A stretch of DNA of 64,000 bases from NCBI GenBank assembly GCA_964016885.1, contig OZ024741.1, positions 216,690,001 to 216,754,000 of the forward strand. The letters are read 5' to 3'. Origin of the DNA: Eledone cirrhosa. Its lineage: Eukaryota. A program made the translations under genes and the position numbers. Numbering within the stretch: the stretch's first letter is position 1; every line of letters starts with the position of its first letter. The notes beneath the pieces were generated by a model. It was given only the letters and a program-made list of their open reading frames with translations, did not search any database and had not been told where the DNA came from. Shown here in pieces: positions 28,760-41,964 of this stretch.

Positions 28760-28901
28760 GCACATATATATATATATGTACGTATGGGTTTACCGAACAT
28801 TTATTATAATGCTCGGTTTGTTTGTAAACAAACAGCCCGAATTACGCCGTACAGTTTTCAGGCAACCATCGTCACCTTTTTGTTCAACACAGACACAGGA
28901 A

Positions 28902-28942
28902 CGATGTACTAGTTTCAAGCTTATTAGCTATCGTCAGCATCG
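28902..28942 (-). ncRNA. Type I hammerhead ribozyme
   Basis: cgatg-CTGACGA-t-agct-aata-agct-t-GAAA-ctag-TA-catcg. Confidence 0.85.
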
Positions 28943-29086
28943 TATACCTTTCTGTCAGATGGTTGATATTAACGGCTGATATGCAACTTGGGCTGCTCAA
29001 CCGTTAATATGCATGAGGAAAGTATATACTTTCAGACGTTCAACTATCTGACAGAAAGGTATGTGATGCTGACGATAGCTAATAAC

Positions 29087-29148
<62 letters not shown>

Positions 29149-29429
29149 ACATATATATATATATATATATGTGTGCATGTATGTATATATATACATACTA
29201 CTGTACGTCTGTATACATATATGTATGTGCGTATACATACATACTTACATTTAAGTACCAGCCGTACTAAGAGTGAGAAATGAAATTTCGTTTCATTCTT
29301 TTCCATTTATCGGTTTCGGTGCGCCCGGCCGACTAACTCACTCGATATGCAAATTAGGCTGCTCAGCTGTTAATATGCATAAGGAAAGTATATACTTTCA
29401 GGCGTTCAACCATCTGACAGAAAGGTATA

Positions 29430-29470
29430 CGATGCTGACGATAGCTAATAAGCTTGAAACTAGTACATCG
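29430..29470 (+). ncRNA. Type I hammerhead ribozyme
   Basis: Same motif on the plus strand. Confidence 0.85.
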
Positions 29471-29719
29471 TTCTTGTGTCAGTGTTGAACAAAAAGGTGA
29501 CGCCATCTTAGGAATTTTAAATTAAACAGTGGCCATCCGACATCTTGTTTTACTATATCAGCTTTCTTCTTCTTCTTCTTCTTCTTCTTCTTCTTCTTCT
29601 TCTTCTTCTTCTTCTTCTTCTTCTTCTTCTTCTTCTTCTTCTTCTTCTTCTTCTTCTTCTTCTTCTTCTTCTTCTTCTTCTTCTTCTTCTTCTCCTTCTT
29701 CTTCTTCTTCTTCTTCTGT

Positions 29720-30670
29720 CTTCAGGCACTTACAGCCCTCTTCCAGTCGGGTAATGCGATAGGTGGAAACTCCACCTTGGCGTTGTTCTATAGAGGGTTA
29801 GTGGAGGGAAAGAGCGACGACGTCCTTGGGGAGACTCTGGGTATCAATTCGGGAGAACTTTCGGGCCGGGGCCCACGGATAACATCCAGAAATCCCTGGC
29901 CTGGCCTGGCAGTGCTAACGAGGAGCTTTGCCAGTTCGGGATAAACTCTACAGGCATTGAAGAGCCGTTAACTGGCCTGTCCGTAATGCGCGCAGGGCGA
30001 GAAACCGTCCTGCACGCACTCATCCAGTGTCCGAGCATCGCTGACTTCTGGGTTTATGTCAAACATCTGCTGTCACATGTAGGACGGATCCGGCTATCAG
30101 TTGAGTCCATTGTGAAGATTACCCCGCCGCCCCCTTTAACCAGGAGGGGCAGGCCGTTTTTATCTGCCTGGTGGCCATGGTAAAAGAGGTTGTATGGTGG
30201 ACGCGTCTGAAAAGGTTGAAGATGGGCACTTTCCCCTTCGGTGACGTCCTCATTAACTTTTTCAGGTTTCACCTGAAAAGGAAAATCAGAATGTAGAGGG
30301 AAGTGCTGCCTTCCATGCTATTTGTTGAAAGGTGGGTGAGAGAGCCAAGAATGGCCCGTGTGAATGGGCCTACCCTGAGCGTTGGCCTGTAGCATCGTAG
30401 GAGGAAAACTGGAAGAGGGCGCTTGCCCTAGCGGTCAGGGTAACCGTGGCTCCTTTTGTGGGCTTTCTCTACACGTGACCCTCGGAAGTCTACCCTCTAT
30501 TGGGGAATTATTCCTTGTTTCTTTTTTTATACATTCTCTGTTTTTGTTTTTTTTTACACGTAGAAATGCCCATTTGTACTGTCCTGTATTGTCCTGTGCT
30601 GTCCTTAATGTCTACTTTGTGCAAACCCTTGTGGTTAATAAAGAAAGCATTATTATTATTGTTATTATTA
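29720..30670 (+). mobile_element. 5'-truncated, decayed relative of the L1/Tx1 element at 54.9-61 kb
   Basis: ETVLHALIQCP and a 3' UTR ending tgtggttaataaagaaagc-(ATT)n match the full-length element. It is preceded by (CTT)n at 29565-29716. Confidence 0.88.
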
Positions 30671-30679
30671 ACTTTGCCT

Positions 30680-30866
30680 GGCGGTGGATTGGGAGTATCG
30701 GTAGAGGGTCTGACGCCATGCTTTGCAACATAGAATTACGGCCCTTTATGACCCGAGTTCAAATCTTGCCGAAGTTAACTTTGGCTTTCATCCTTACGGG
30801 GTCGATAAAATAATGTACCAGTAATGCACTGGGATAATTGCTGGCCTTGTGCCAAAAGTAGAAACA

Positions 30867-30872
<6 letters not shown>
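30680..30872 (+). mobile_element. tRNA-derived SINE, same family
   Basis: A box, B box and core present. Its ATT tail merges with the tail of R4/Dong copy C. Confidence 0.8.
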
Positions 30873-30911
<39 letters not shown>

Positions 30912-33900
30912 GTTATTGTTATTCCTTGAATCTCAGTCATTGATGTTGGTTAACTGGAAAGTCCGTTGGATTGAATATCAAGCCACTACCTGCAGCCTCA
31001 GATATTCAGGACGTATCGGAGGGTTCTTGCCGTTCCAAGCAAGCATGCCTTTTGAAGCGTTCCAAAAAGCGTGAAGGGGCCGATTTTCTTTAACCATCCC
31101 TGGAAACCTTTGGAGATAGTCCCCAGTGCGCCTATGACAATCGGGATCACTTTGACTTCATGGCAGTTCCAAATCCTTTTCACCTCCCACTTTAGGTCCT
31201 GGTATCGGTTAATTTTCTCCCTCTCCTTCTCTTGCACTCTCGTGTCGAACGGGCAGGCCACATCCACAATCAGGCATGATCTTTTTTCTTTGTCCACAAC
31301 CACCAGGTCAGGTCTATTGTGTTCCAATTTTTTGTCCGTCTGTATCCTAAAATCCCACAGCACCTTCACCTGACTGTTCTCCATCACCGCCTCTGGCCTA
31401 TGCTCATACCATTTCTCAGAATGTGGTAGATTGTTTACTTTGCACAGGTGCCAGTGGATCACCCTGCCCATCACATCGTGTCTCCAGCCCTTATAGTGGG
31501 TCTGGGCTAGGTGTTTACACTCGGACACAATGTGAGCCACAGTCTCCTCTCTCCACAGATCCTGCACAGTGGGCTAGCCTCCTCCTTGTAGATATGGTGC
31601 TTCAACCACTTCGTTTTGAGGGCCTGCTCCTGCGCAGCCATTAGCATTCCTTCTGTAGCCTTTTTGAGGTCTCCTCTTCTCAACCAGTTCCATGTCTGTG
31701 GATCTCTAAATTCAGTTTTCTCAAAGAAGGTACTATGAAGGGATTTTCCCTTAAGGCTGCTCTTCCTCCTTGATGTTATTTCCTCCTTGGGTATCCCCTG
31801 GCCTACTGTCCCCTCCTTCAGTACAGCTCTGAGCATTGGCTCCTTACTATAGGTCACGTATTTGTATAGGTTGTTTTTCTCCATCTGAACACAGTCCTCT
31901 ATGCTGATAAGACCTCTTCCACCCTCAGATCTCCTTAGGTAGAGTCTATCGACATCACTCCTCTTGTGGAACATGTTGTAGATAGTCAATAGCTTCCTAG
32001 TCTTCCTATCCATTTCTTTTTGTTCAGCAACATTCCATCTCAGAATTCCCGCACTGTACCTAATAATAGACACAGCTCGGGAATTTACTGCGCTTATGGC
32101 ATTTCTGCTGTTCAGATGTGACTTCAATACGCTCCTTACTCTCCGAATGTATTCAGTTCTTAACAATTCCTTCATTTTTTTGTTCTTTATGCCATCAGCC
32201 TCCAGAACGCCCAAATACTTGTATCCTTCCTCAGAGTCAATTTCCTTTATCATCTCACCTGTTGGTATCTGGATCCCGTTACTTCTGCTCAACCTACCCC
32301 TCCTCATCACAATGACTCCACATTTACCAATACCAAACTGCATACATATATCACTGCTGAAAATACGGACAGTGTCAACAAGCACATCCAACTCCTTCTC
32401 ACTTTTCCCGAAGAGCTTAAGATCGTCCATGAAGAGGAGGTGATTGATGGTAAGCTCTCCCCTTCCCAACTTGTATCCTGCTCTCACTTTTCGCAGCATA
32501 ATGGTCAAGGGCATCAGGGCAAGGACAAACAACAGAGGGGACAGGCTATCTCCCTGGAAGATACCTCTCTTGATCTTCACGCTTCCCAAGGATACTCCAG
32601 TTGATGTCAACTCTGTCTCCCAGGACCCCATACTCCTGCCCAGCAACTGTCTGATGTTATCTGCCACCCTGAAGATCTCCAGGCTTTTGGTGATCCAGGA
32701 ATGAGGCACCATGTCAAATGCCTTTCTGTAGTCTATCCATCCCATGGCAAGATCAGTGTGTCTCCTCCTGCAATTCCCCATTACCATCTTATCAATAAGC
32801 AACTGGTCCTTTGTACCACGTGACTTCTTTCGGCATCCTTTCTGTTCGTCCGGCAACAAGTTGTTTGTGTGGAGGTGATGGTAGATTTCCTCAGACACAA
32901 TGCTCGTCAACAGTTTCCACATTACGGGCAGACATGTGATAGGTCTATAGTTGGTAACATCATTACCCTTGATTCGGTCTTTCATTATCAGAACTGTGGT
33001 ACCTTTTGTCAACCACTCTGGCACCTCACCCGACACCAAGCAGTCATTGAACATGGCCGTCAGCTTCGGGTGGAGGGATGTTAAATGTTTAATCCAATAC
33101 CCCTGCACACCATCTGGGCCTGGTGATTTCCAGTTGGTTAGCTTTTTGGCTTGCCCCTTAAGAGTTTCAACTGTGATACTCAAATCAGTCTGTTGCTGTG
33201 CCTGCTCACCGATCTCCCTCTGTACTGTCTCAATCCACCCTGCCTGGGCATTGTGTCTAACATCCTGCTCCCATATTCCTCTCCAGAATGTTTTAGCTTG
33301 TTCCGCCCCAGGGATCAAGTCGGTGCCTCTTTCTTTCCCCTCAAGCTGTCCAAACAGCATCTTCTGGTTGTTGTCGAACATGCGGTTCTGTTTATACTGA
33401 CTGACTCTGTTCTCGTATCGCCTGATTTTGGCACTCTTTGCTACAATGCGTTGCTTCAATTCCTCTATGATAATATTTAGCTTTTTACTCCTAGTTTTGT
33501 ATTTTATTTCCAGTCTATTTTTAGTGCCTATGTTTTTTAGTGTCCCATTCAGCAGTGACTCAAGCTTTCCTATGTCATTTCTCATTTCCCCGATTTGCCC
33601 ACTCAGTCGCTTCTTCCACCACGGCTCTGCTCTTTCTTGTCTGTTGTTTCCTCTCGCTTTTATACCAAGTAGTTTCCTCACCGTATTTGCTGTTGCTTTG
33701 AGGATATTGTTGCACTGGTGAAGACTCCTCGCCTCAAGGTATGGGATGACTTTGTTTACCTTAGCTGTTGTTTCTTTTAACTTTTTCCTGTCTACAAATC
33801 TTAGGTTCATAGGTCTCCCACTATCATTGTTCAACTCATCTACCACTAAATTTAGGATGTCAACCGAATCTTGTCCTAGCCCGTCAGCATTCATCTCCTC

Positions 33901-35765
33901 AGTGGCCGTATCTCTGTTCCAGGTATTATTTATCTCAGTATTCAGATCATTGTCTGCTTCGGGTGGTTCCTCCGCTCTCAGGACCTCCTCACCTTCATTT
34001 CCCGCCGGCTCGCTTGTCTGGCATACTACACCCGCCATCTCCAAGCCATTCTCTCTGCTCAGTTCCTCCAGTTCCAGCTCGCTTATCCACCCATTAGTTC
34101 TTATTACCCGAGCCTGCCCGGCCAATTTTTGTTCATCTAATTTAAATAAACCAATGTCGTTCCAGATGTTATGCATCCGTCTCCTGTAGCCCCTCTCCTT
34201 GGGGTTACTTTTCAGGTAGCATTGCATAACAGTTCTATTCAATTCTTTCGTCCAGTTGGTTCTGGCCCCTTTCCTTCTTCTTCTTCCTCCAACATCAGCA
34301 GTATTTCGTTGACAGTCAGGTTCCTGCTGCTGAGCCAGGGGGCACCTGTTGGGTGAGAGTCTGTCACATGACGTTCTAGTCTCCATTTCACCGTTATTCG
34401 AACTGTTTATGTTCGATATTTAAACACTCTTATCGAGGATTGGCGAATGTATGTTTACATAGCCATCTGTGGATCCGCCATCCCACTTGGCCCTTGTGTG
34501 GCATTATCACCACGCTGTATACGGACACACATAAACAAACAAACACACGGGCAGAAAGGGCCCCAAAAATGAATAAGCATAAGTTTCATTGTAATGTAGT
34601 ATTCGAATGTCTGACTTAGTTTTTGTTTTTTAAGTTTTACTTTTTCCCCCCTCTTCTCTGTCCGTCCGCCTGCTTCTCTCTTCATTCTTATTTTCTTTAC
34701 GTTTTTGGGGTTTCTTTTTTTGTTTTTGTTTTTCTCTGTTTTTCTCGTTTTTTACTGTTGTTGCTGTGCTGCTTTTGTTGTTTGTTTTTTCTTTTTTCTT
34801 TTGAGTCTATCTATATATTTTGATGCCTTCCTCTTTGTTAGTAGTAGGAATTCTATAATGTGGAAGTGGTAGCCAGCAGAGACTAGCGGCGTTGGCGATA
34901 CTGAGACAGTGGTGGCGGTGATGTCGATACCGAGGCAGTGGTGGAGGTGATGCGACCGTATTACTGTAGTGATGGTGCTGTAGCGGTGGCAGCAGCAGTG
35001 AAGGAGTCAGGGGGTGGTGGCGGCGGTGATGGGATAGTGGTGGTAATGATGGCCGTAGTGAGCGGTGGCGGTGAAGGTGAAAATGCTGTTGTGTTTAGTG
35101 TACACAGATGATGGGGTGGGTGGTGTATCTAGTTTCTGGTGTTGGTGAGTTTCGCTGTCCTATATAGTGTAGCCAGAGGAGAGGAGGGGGGGTTCTTCTT
35201 CTTCCATTTATAGCCATTTTATTTTTTTTTTTTTTGGATATACAGTGTACAATACAAAGTTGAATATTTGAATATTTGAGCCGTATTACTGTAGTGATGG
35301 TGCTGTAGCGGTGGCAGCAGCAGTGAAGGAGTCAAGGGGTGGTGGCGGCGGTGATGGGATAGTGGTGGTAATGATGGCCGTAGTGAGCGGTGGCGGTGAA
35401 GGTGAAAATGCTGTTGTGTTTAGTGTACACAGATGATGGGGTGGGCGGTGTATCTAGTTTCTGGTGTTGGTGAGTTTAGCTGTCCTATATAGTGTAGCCA
35501 GAGGAGAGGAGGGGGGGGGGGGTTCTTCTTCTTCCATTTATAGCCATTTTTTTTTGGATATACAGTGTACAATACAAAGTTGAATATTTGAATATTTGAG
35601 CCTTATAACAATATATTTTGGGTCCGAATTTTTTGGGGCTCAAGCCGGGTGCTTTACGTAGCATTTGTACTAAGAGTTGTTATTTCACAAATGATTTAAA
35701 TATGTTAAAAATTCAAAACTTACGGGAGCGATTTCATGACCTCCGTCACCTCGTGCGTATTCTTC

Positions 35766-35766
<1 letters not shown>
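30870..35766 (-). mobile_element. R4/Dong-type element, copy C, apparently full length (~4.9 kb)
   Basis: Flanked on both sides by (TAA)n, with a long 5' UTR containing an internal tandem duplication. Confidence 0.92.
30998..34386 (-). pseudogene. RT-CCHC-RLE polyprotein of copy C, single 4-nt deletion at ~31548
   Basis: A 959-aa ORF plus a 189-aa ORF. Alignment by eye with copy A shows loss of cact in the CCHC region. Confidence 0.9.
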
Positions 35767-35807
<41 letters not shown>

Positions 35808-36203
35808 GGTTATTGTTGTTGTTGTTGTTGTTTTTGTTGTTGTTGTTGTTGGAGTTTCAGTCATTGATGTTCTATAACTGGAAGGTTTGTTCAAATGAAC
35901 ATTAAGCCGCTACCTGCAGCCTCAGATATTCAGGACGTATCGGAGAGTTCTTGCTGTTCCCAGCAAGCATGCCTTTTGAAGTCTTCAAAAAGAGGGGGCC
36001 GGATTAATGTTCTTTAACCATCTTTGAAAACTTTTGGAGATTGTACCTAGTGCACCTATGACAATGGGGACGACCTTGAGCTCACGACAGTCCCAAATCC
36101 TTTTTAACTCCCACTTTAAATCATGGTATCGGTCAATTTTCTCTTACTCCTTTTCTTGTATCCTTGTGTGAAAGGGGCAGGCTACATCTACAACCAGGCA
36201 TGA
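35767..36203 (-). mobile_element. R4/Dong-type 3' fragment, copy D (diverged)
   Basis: LQKACLLGTARTLRYVLNI-stop and a 3' UTR homologous to copies A-C. Confidence 0.85.
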
Positions 36204-36499
36204 TCTTCTTCTTCTTCTTCTTCTTCTTCTTCTTCTTCTTCTTCTTCTTCTTCTTCTTCTTCTTCTTCTTCTTCTTCTTCTTCTTCTTCAAGGCCAACAA
36301 TTTTTGTGGGGGGAAGGGAAAGTCAATTAAATTGACCCCAGTGTATTACTGATACTTTATTTTATCAAGCCAGAAAGGATGAAAGGCAAAGTAGACCTTA
36401 GCGGGAATTGAACTCACAACATAAAGAGCTGGAATACATGCCGCAAAGCATTTTCTCCAGCACTCTAATAATTCTGCCAATTACCGCCTTAACAGCTAC

Positions 36500-36976
36500 A
36501 TGGACGCTGCAGGCTTCCCCTCCCAACTCGAGCTTGTGGGGCTGGACCGAGGGGATGGCAAAAGGCCAGACGGTATGACCATCTTCCCGCTCCGCGGTGA
36601 CAAACCCCTCGTCTGGGATGTCACTTGCAGCGACACTTTCTCCAGCCGTAACCTGGTGCAGCCTGCGACTAACCCAGGTTCTGCTGCACGTCGGGCTGTG
36701 GAGGCCAAACTCTTCAAGTACCGGTTGCTGTGCGACACGTTTGAGCTCGTGCCCTTGTCAGTGAAGTCTTCTGGTGTCCTCGGCCCTAGGGCTACCTCCC
36801 TATTCACCACCATAGGCGCTGAGCTGGCCAGCCGCAGGTATGAGCCTCGCGAGCTGGAATGGCTCTTCCAGCGCATCTCCCTTACCATCCTCCGGGGCAA
36901 CGCCTTCTCCATCCTGTCCACCGGTGCTGTGGGGAGGCCAGCATGTGGGACCCCATTTGCTCACCAAACCGATTAA
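36500..36976 (+). pseudogene. C-terminal restriction-like endonuclease of a CRE-clade non-LTR element (3' fragment)
   Basis: DGKRPDGMT..P..G..LVWDVT..DT, AA..A..AK..KY, F..VP.SV...G..G and FQRIS..I.RGNA. Followed by an A-rich tract and (AAC)n. Confidence 0.8.
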
Positions 36977-37309
36977 TAGGCAAAGTTATAAACTATTGTA
37001 TATAAACCTATTTAATGGTAAAAAAAGAAAAGAAATAATAACAACAGCTAGAACAACGGCAACAATAACAACAAAAACAGCAGTAACAACAACAGCAAAA
37101 ACAACAACAGCAACATTAATAGCAACAGCAATAATAAAAACAACAACATCAATAACAACAGCATGAATAACAACATCAATAGTAATGATGGCGACAACAG
37201 TAAGAATAACAACAGCAACAACAACAACAACAGCAACACTAACAATAGTAACTGCCGCCAAACAAAGTGCTCAATAAAATGATATCTTTTTGTATGAAGA
37301 AATAATAAT

Positions 37310-37612
37310 AATTGTTTCTACTTTTGGAACAAGGCCAGCAATTTCCCAGTACATTACTGGTACTTTATTTTATCGACCCCGTAAAGATGAAAGGCAAAGT
37401 GAACCTCATAATAATAATAATAATAATTGTTTCTACTTTAGGTACAAGGCCAGCAATTACCCAGTGCGTTACTGGTACTTTATTTTATCGACCTGTGAGG
37501 ATGAAAGGTAAAGCAAACCTCGGCGGGATTTGAACTCAGAACGTAAAGGGCCGTAACTCTATGCCACAAAGCATGGTGTCCTACACTCTACCGATTCTGC
37601 CAATCCCTCACC
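37310..37612 (-). mobile_element. Tandem SINE copies (one partial)
   Basis: Same family. Another diverged copy lies at 36290-36490. Confidence 0.75.
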
Positions 37613-37818
37613 CTATACTATATTTTACTTTTGAGTAAACTTCTGAGAAGACGCTGAATTATCAGAGTCGCTAGAGCGTCGAATAAAAGGATATTGGTTC
37701 CGGCTCTATTTTCTGAGATCAAATCCCACCCAGGTCAACTTTCCCTTATACATATAGAGCAGACATATCTAGCATACATAGAGTACTCTCCATTCCTTTA
37801 CCCTTCCTACGGAAATAC

Positions 37819-37853
<35 letters not shown>

Positions 37854-37907
37854 CGTTTCTGAATTTGTTTAGCAAGATTCTTTGGCAACATGACCCTCCC
37901 AAAGTAT

Positions 37908-37989
<82 letters not shown>

Positions 37990-40046
37990 TATAAGTTATG
38001 TCCATAGAATCATTTGATAAGATATATACACCATTTCCTCTCCCAATTAGCATAATCAACCACCCCAAAAAACAATTAAACCAGGCTATAAGATTAAAAG
38101 GCCCCTATGAAGAAATAATAGATAAATAAACGACAGCCATTTATTCGCGATCAACAGCTATAGAATATTTACCCACCATTTCAATAGCACGTGGAAATCG
38201 ATTAAATATACCGTCAACTATACACAATTAGGTATGAAATTAAAGTTAGAAGAAAAAATGCATATACACATACCAGGATTACGTTTCTACCCCTTAGGGT
38301 TTCGTTCGCTTTATGTATGTAAAAAGTAAACAGAAATAACAGCACAATCGGTATATGTATATGCATACATGTATTATATATATATATATAAATAAATATA
38401 TATGTATATGTGTGTGATGTCGTAAGTTGTGGAGTGGCATGGTGCACCGTGGTGCGGTGCGTGTCTGTGTTAGTCTCTATGTGATTGTCTAAATTTACAG
38501 GTATTTACAGGTATGACGGCGAAATTATTTCATGCATGAATAATGGCTTATATTATAAGCCTTATACCATGAAAATACACAACTGTAAAAAAACTATTGA
38601 ATTCAATGCAGCCCAGGGTGAAACTTTTAAAATATAATTTTTAACACTCAAATGTATAAGATTAATATCACTTAGAAAACTGAACGAAGAAGTAAGGGTT
38701 TTTTAAATATTTGTGAGACGTTAGCATGTTTTGTTCATGGCAACATCTTTGGAAAAAATTGTTTATTCATATAACCTGTACAATATATATGGCAATGATA
38801 AATCTAAAATGATTGAGAAGAAATATAAGAAAGAGAAATTTGTTAGAAATAGAAGCTTTCACCGTATTTTTAACTAAAGAAATTTTAGCCTGATAGTGGG
38901 GTTTAAAACCTTCTATAAATGGAAAAGCATGAGTATTGACGTACAACATAGGGTAAGCGGCAGGCTGAGCAGTAAGATTCAGTTGCGCCCCACGGACAAA
39001 ATAGTGAAGGCTGTGGAGCAGGGCCAGCGATACCCGCTGCAGCAGCCACGTTACCTCGCGTGGATCCTTCCTTCTTCAGGTGGATTGCAGTCTTAAATAG
39101 TTTAAGAAGTACGTTTCGCAATCATTAGGTCTCATGTTCGATGCCAAAGTATGGTATCTTCAACAAGTTTCATTTACTATTGGCTCTGGCAGACACATGT
39201 CTTGGTAGACGGAAATTGTGTGGAAGCCTATCAGATGGGCTGTATCTATAATTTGAATGGCCAGTTTTGTCACATAGAATCTCCCTTGTGGAATGATCAG
39301 CCACATACACGTTAATATCAAGACTAGGTTGTTTCGTCGGTATAAAAATTGGAATACTTTTTTATTCGGGTTACACGTGTCAGTGGATTTCTCAGACATT
39401 AGTTTAGCATGAAGGCTGTTCAGTTGATCGAAGAACTGGAACACTCATCATCGAAATCGACAGAGGCATAGCGATCGATTGAGATATACCATCGGCGACG
39501 ATGGTTACCGAGCACTGTACGGCGTAATTCGGGCTGTTTGTTTACAAACAAACCGAACATTATAATAAATGTTCGGTAAACCCATACGTACATATATATA
39601 TGTGTGCATGTATGTATATATATACATACTACTGTACGTCTGTACACATATATGTATGTACGTATACATACTTACATTTAAGTATCGGCCGTACTAAGAG
39701 TGAGAAATGAAATTTCGTTTCATTCTTTTCCACTCTTATTATATTTTTCAGAGAAAGGCGGTGGATTAGCATTAATCGATAGAGCGTTGGGCACCCTGCT
39801 TCATGGGATAGAGTTACGGCCGTTTACATTCTGAGTTCAAATCCCACCGAGGTTAGCTTTGCCATCCCCCCAAAAATCCCAGATCTATGCTACCGAAACA
39901 AACACGTGATTTCCAGCCGTGCCCTCTCCTTGGTGTACTATTATTTTCGGGTAAAGTGTTCTTAAGATCATTTTATTAGTGAATCAGTAGCTGTTCACGT
40001 GATCACCATGCATGAATGTTTAGATACGGTTTTTTGTATGTAAAAA

Positions 40047-40254
40047 ACCCAATCCAGGTTTGTTTAAAAACGAACAAAAATGATCTCACACTCTGTTTAT
40101 TCCACTTCAGTGGACAAGCACAAACATATGCATATACATATACACACATACATAATTACATACATACAAACATACATACACATATACAAATACATACATA
40201 CTTACATACATACGAAGATACACACATACATACATACATACATACATACATACA

Positions 40255-40288
<34 letters not shown>

Positions 40289-40911
40289 CACATATACACA
40301 CATACATACAGACACAGATAATACACACATACATACTTACATACATACAAACATACATACACACATACACACATACATACATACAAACATACATTCACAC
40401 ATACAAACATACATACTTACATACACACAAACATACACACACATGCATACATACATACACCCACTTATAAATATAGACACGCTTATATTCATACATACAC
40501 ATATACATACGTATATATATACAGGATTTCTATACATATTCGCTCATACACAAACGTATATATACACATACTTATATATACGCTTATATATACAAAACAC
40601 CACGTGTATGTATGTAAGAATGTATGTATGTGTGTATGTGTGTATGTATGTTTGTATGTATGTAAGTATGTATGTGTGTATGTATCTGTGTCTGTATGTA
40701 TGTGTGTATATGTGTATGTATGTAAGTATGTATGTTCGTATGTATGTAAGTATGTATGTATTTGTATATGTGTATGTATGTTTGTATGTATGTAATTATG
40801 TATGTGTGTATATGTATATGTATATGTATATGTTTGTGCTTGTCCACTGAAGTGGAATAAACAGAGTGTGAGATCATTTTTGTTCGTTTTTAAACAAACC
40901 TGGATTGGGTT
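40047..40911. repeat. Large inverted repeat (unique ~85-bp outer arms plus mirrored CATA/TATG microsatellite)
   Basis: aacccaatccaggtttg...gacaagcacaaacatat and its reverse complement at ~40828-40911. Confidence 0.85.
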
Positions 40912-40992
40912 GTTTCTTTGTATACACAAAACGTCTGCATATATATATATATACAACGGAAACACTTCCTTTATATATATATATATATATAT

Positions 40993-41602
40993 ATTAGGAT
41001 TGGGGCTCTGAAATAGCGATGTATACATGAATGTATGCATAGTATATTTGGCAATATACCGTGTTTAATTAAAAACATTTTGAAGCCCTTACGCTATCAT
41101 TTTTAAAGTAGTGACTATGTCACTTACTTCTTTTCTACGAAAGAAGGCAGAGAAGCTAACTGTCTGTTTCATGCTGTTGGCAATCATCAGAGCTACGTAC
41201 TGCTCTCTTCCGCCGAAAATTATAGAAGCTGGATTCTTATAGAATTCCAGTAATAATCAGCAACTGATTATACAGAGCGATTGCCGGTCCAGCAAAAATT
41301 AAGTATTAGGATTGGTGCTCTGAAATAGCGATGTATACATGAATGTATGCATAGTGTATTTGGCTCCTGATTATTACTGGAATTCTATAAGAATCCAGCT
41401 TCTATAATTTTCGGCGGAAGAGGGCAGTACGTAGCTCTGGTGATTGCCAACAGCATGAAACAGACTGTTAGCTTCTCTGCCTTCTTTCATTGAAAAGAAG
41501 TAAGTGACATAGTGACTACTTTAAAAATGATAGCGCAAGGTCTTCAAATTGTTTTTAATTAAACATACGGCATATTGCCAAATATACTATGCATACATTC
41601 AT
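40993..41602. mobile_element. Second retrozyme-like unit (~312 bp, 1.2 direct copies, then an inverted copy)
   Basis: attaggattgg.gctctgaaatagcg recurs at ~40993 and ~41305. Inversion starts at ~41367. One hammerhead per arm. Confidence 0.7.
41154..41194 (-). ncRNA. Type I hammerhead ribozyme (plus-strand copy 41433-41473 has CTGGTGA)
   Basis: agct-CTGATGA-t-tgc-caaca-gca-t-GAAA-cagacag-TT-agct. Confidence 0.75.
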
Positions 41603-41964
41603 ATATATATATATATATATAACGAAGGAAATGTGGTAAGGAACCAGGTGGACCATAACGCACCAAAGTACTCAATACTTGAGGTAGTAGAGTGGGTAAT
41701 AGGAACCAGTAAGACCCCGACAGCTGAGCTCAAGCCGTTTCGACGGCTAATTCTGGACTAAATGAACATTTATCCTGGTATTTAAATAGCCGATCTTCTC
41801 AAGGGGTAATTCCATATATGGTCAAAGTGATTGTCAAAAATCAGTAGTAATTCTGTGGTTGCAAATTAGTAGGGGAGATGGTGGCTAAACCTGCCAGTAG
41901 GAGAAAGAGGGGAGGGGGTGGAGTAGACCCAATCAAGCGTTGGTAGTGCCAGCTACAGCTGGGC

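Larger units (their letters stand above)
28590..29500. mobile_element. Diverged subfamily of the ~423-bp retrozyme-like repeat, rearranged and inverted (further piece at ~39495-39735)
   Basis: Homologous to 5243-6775. Complete hammerheads at 28902-28942 (-) and 29430-29470 (+). Confidence 0.8.
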
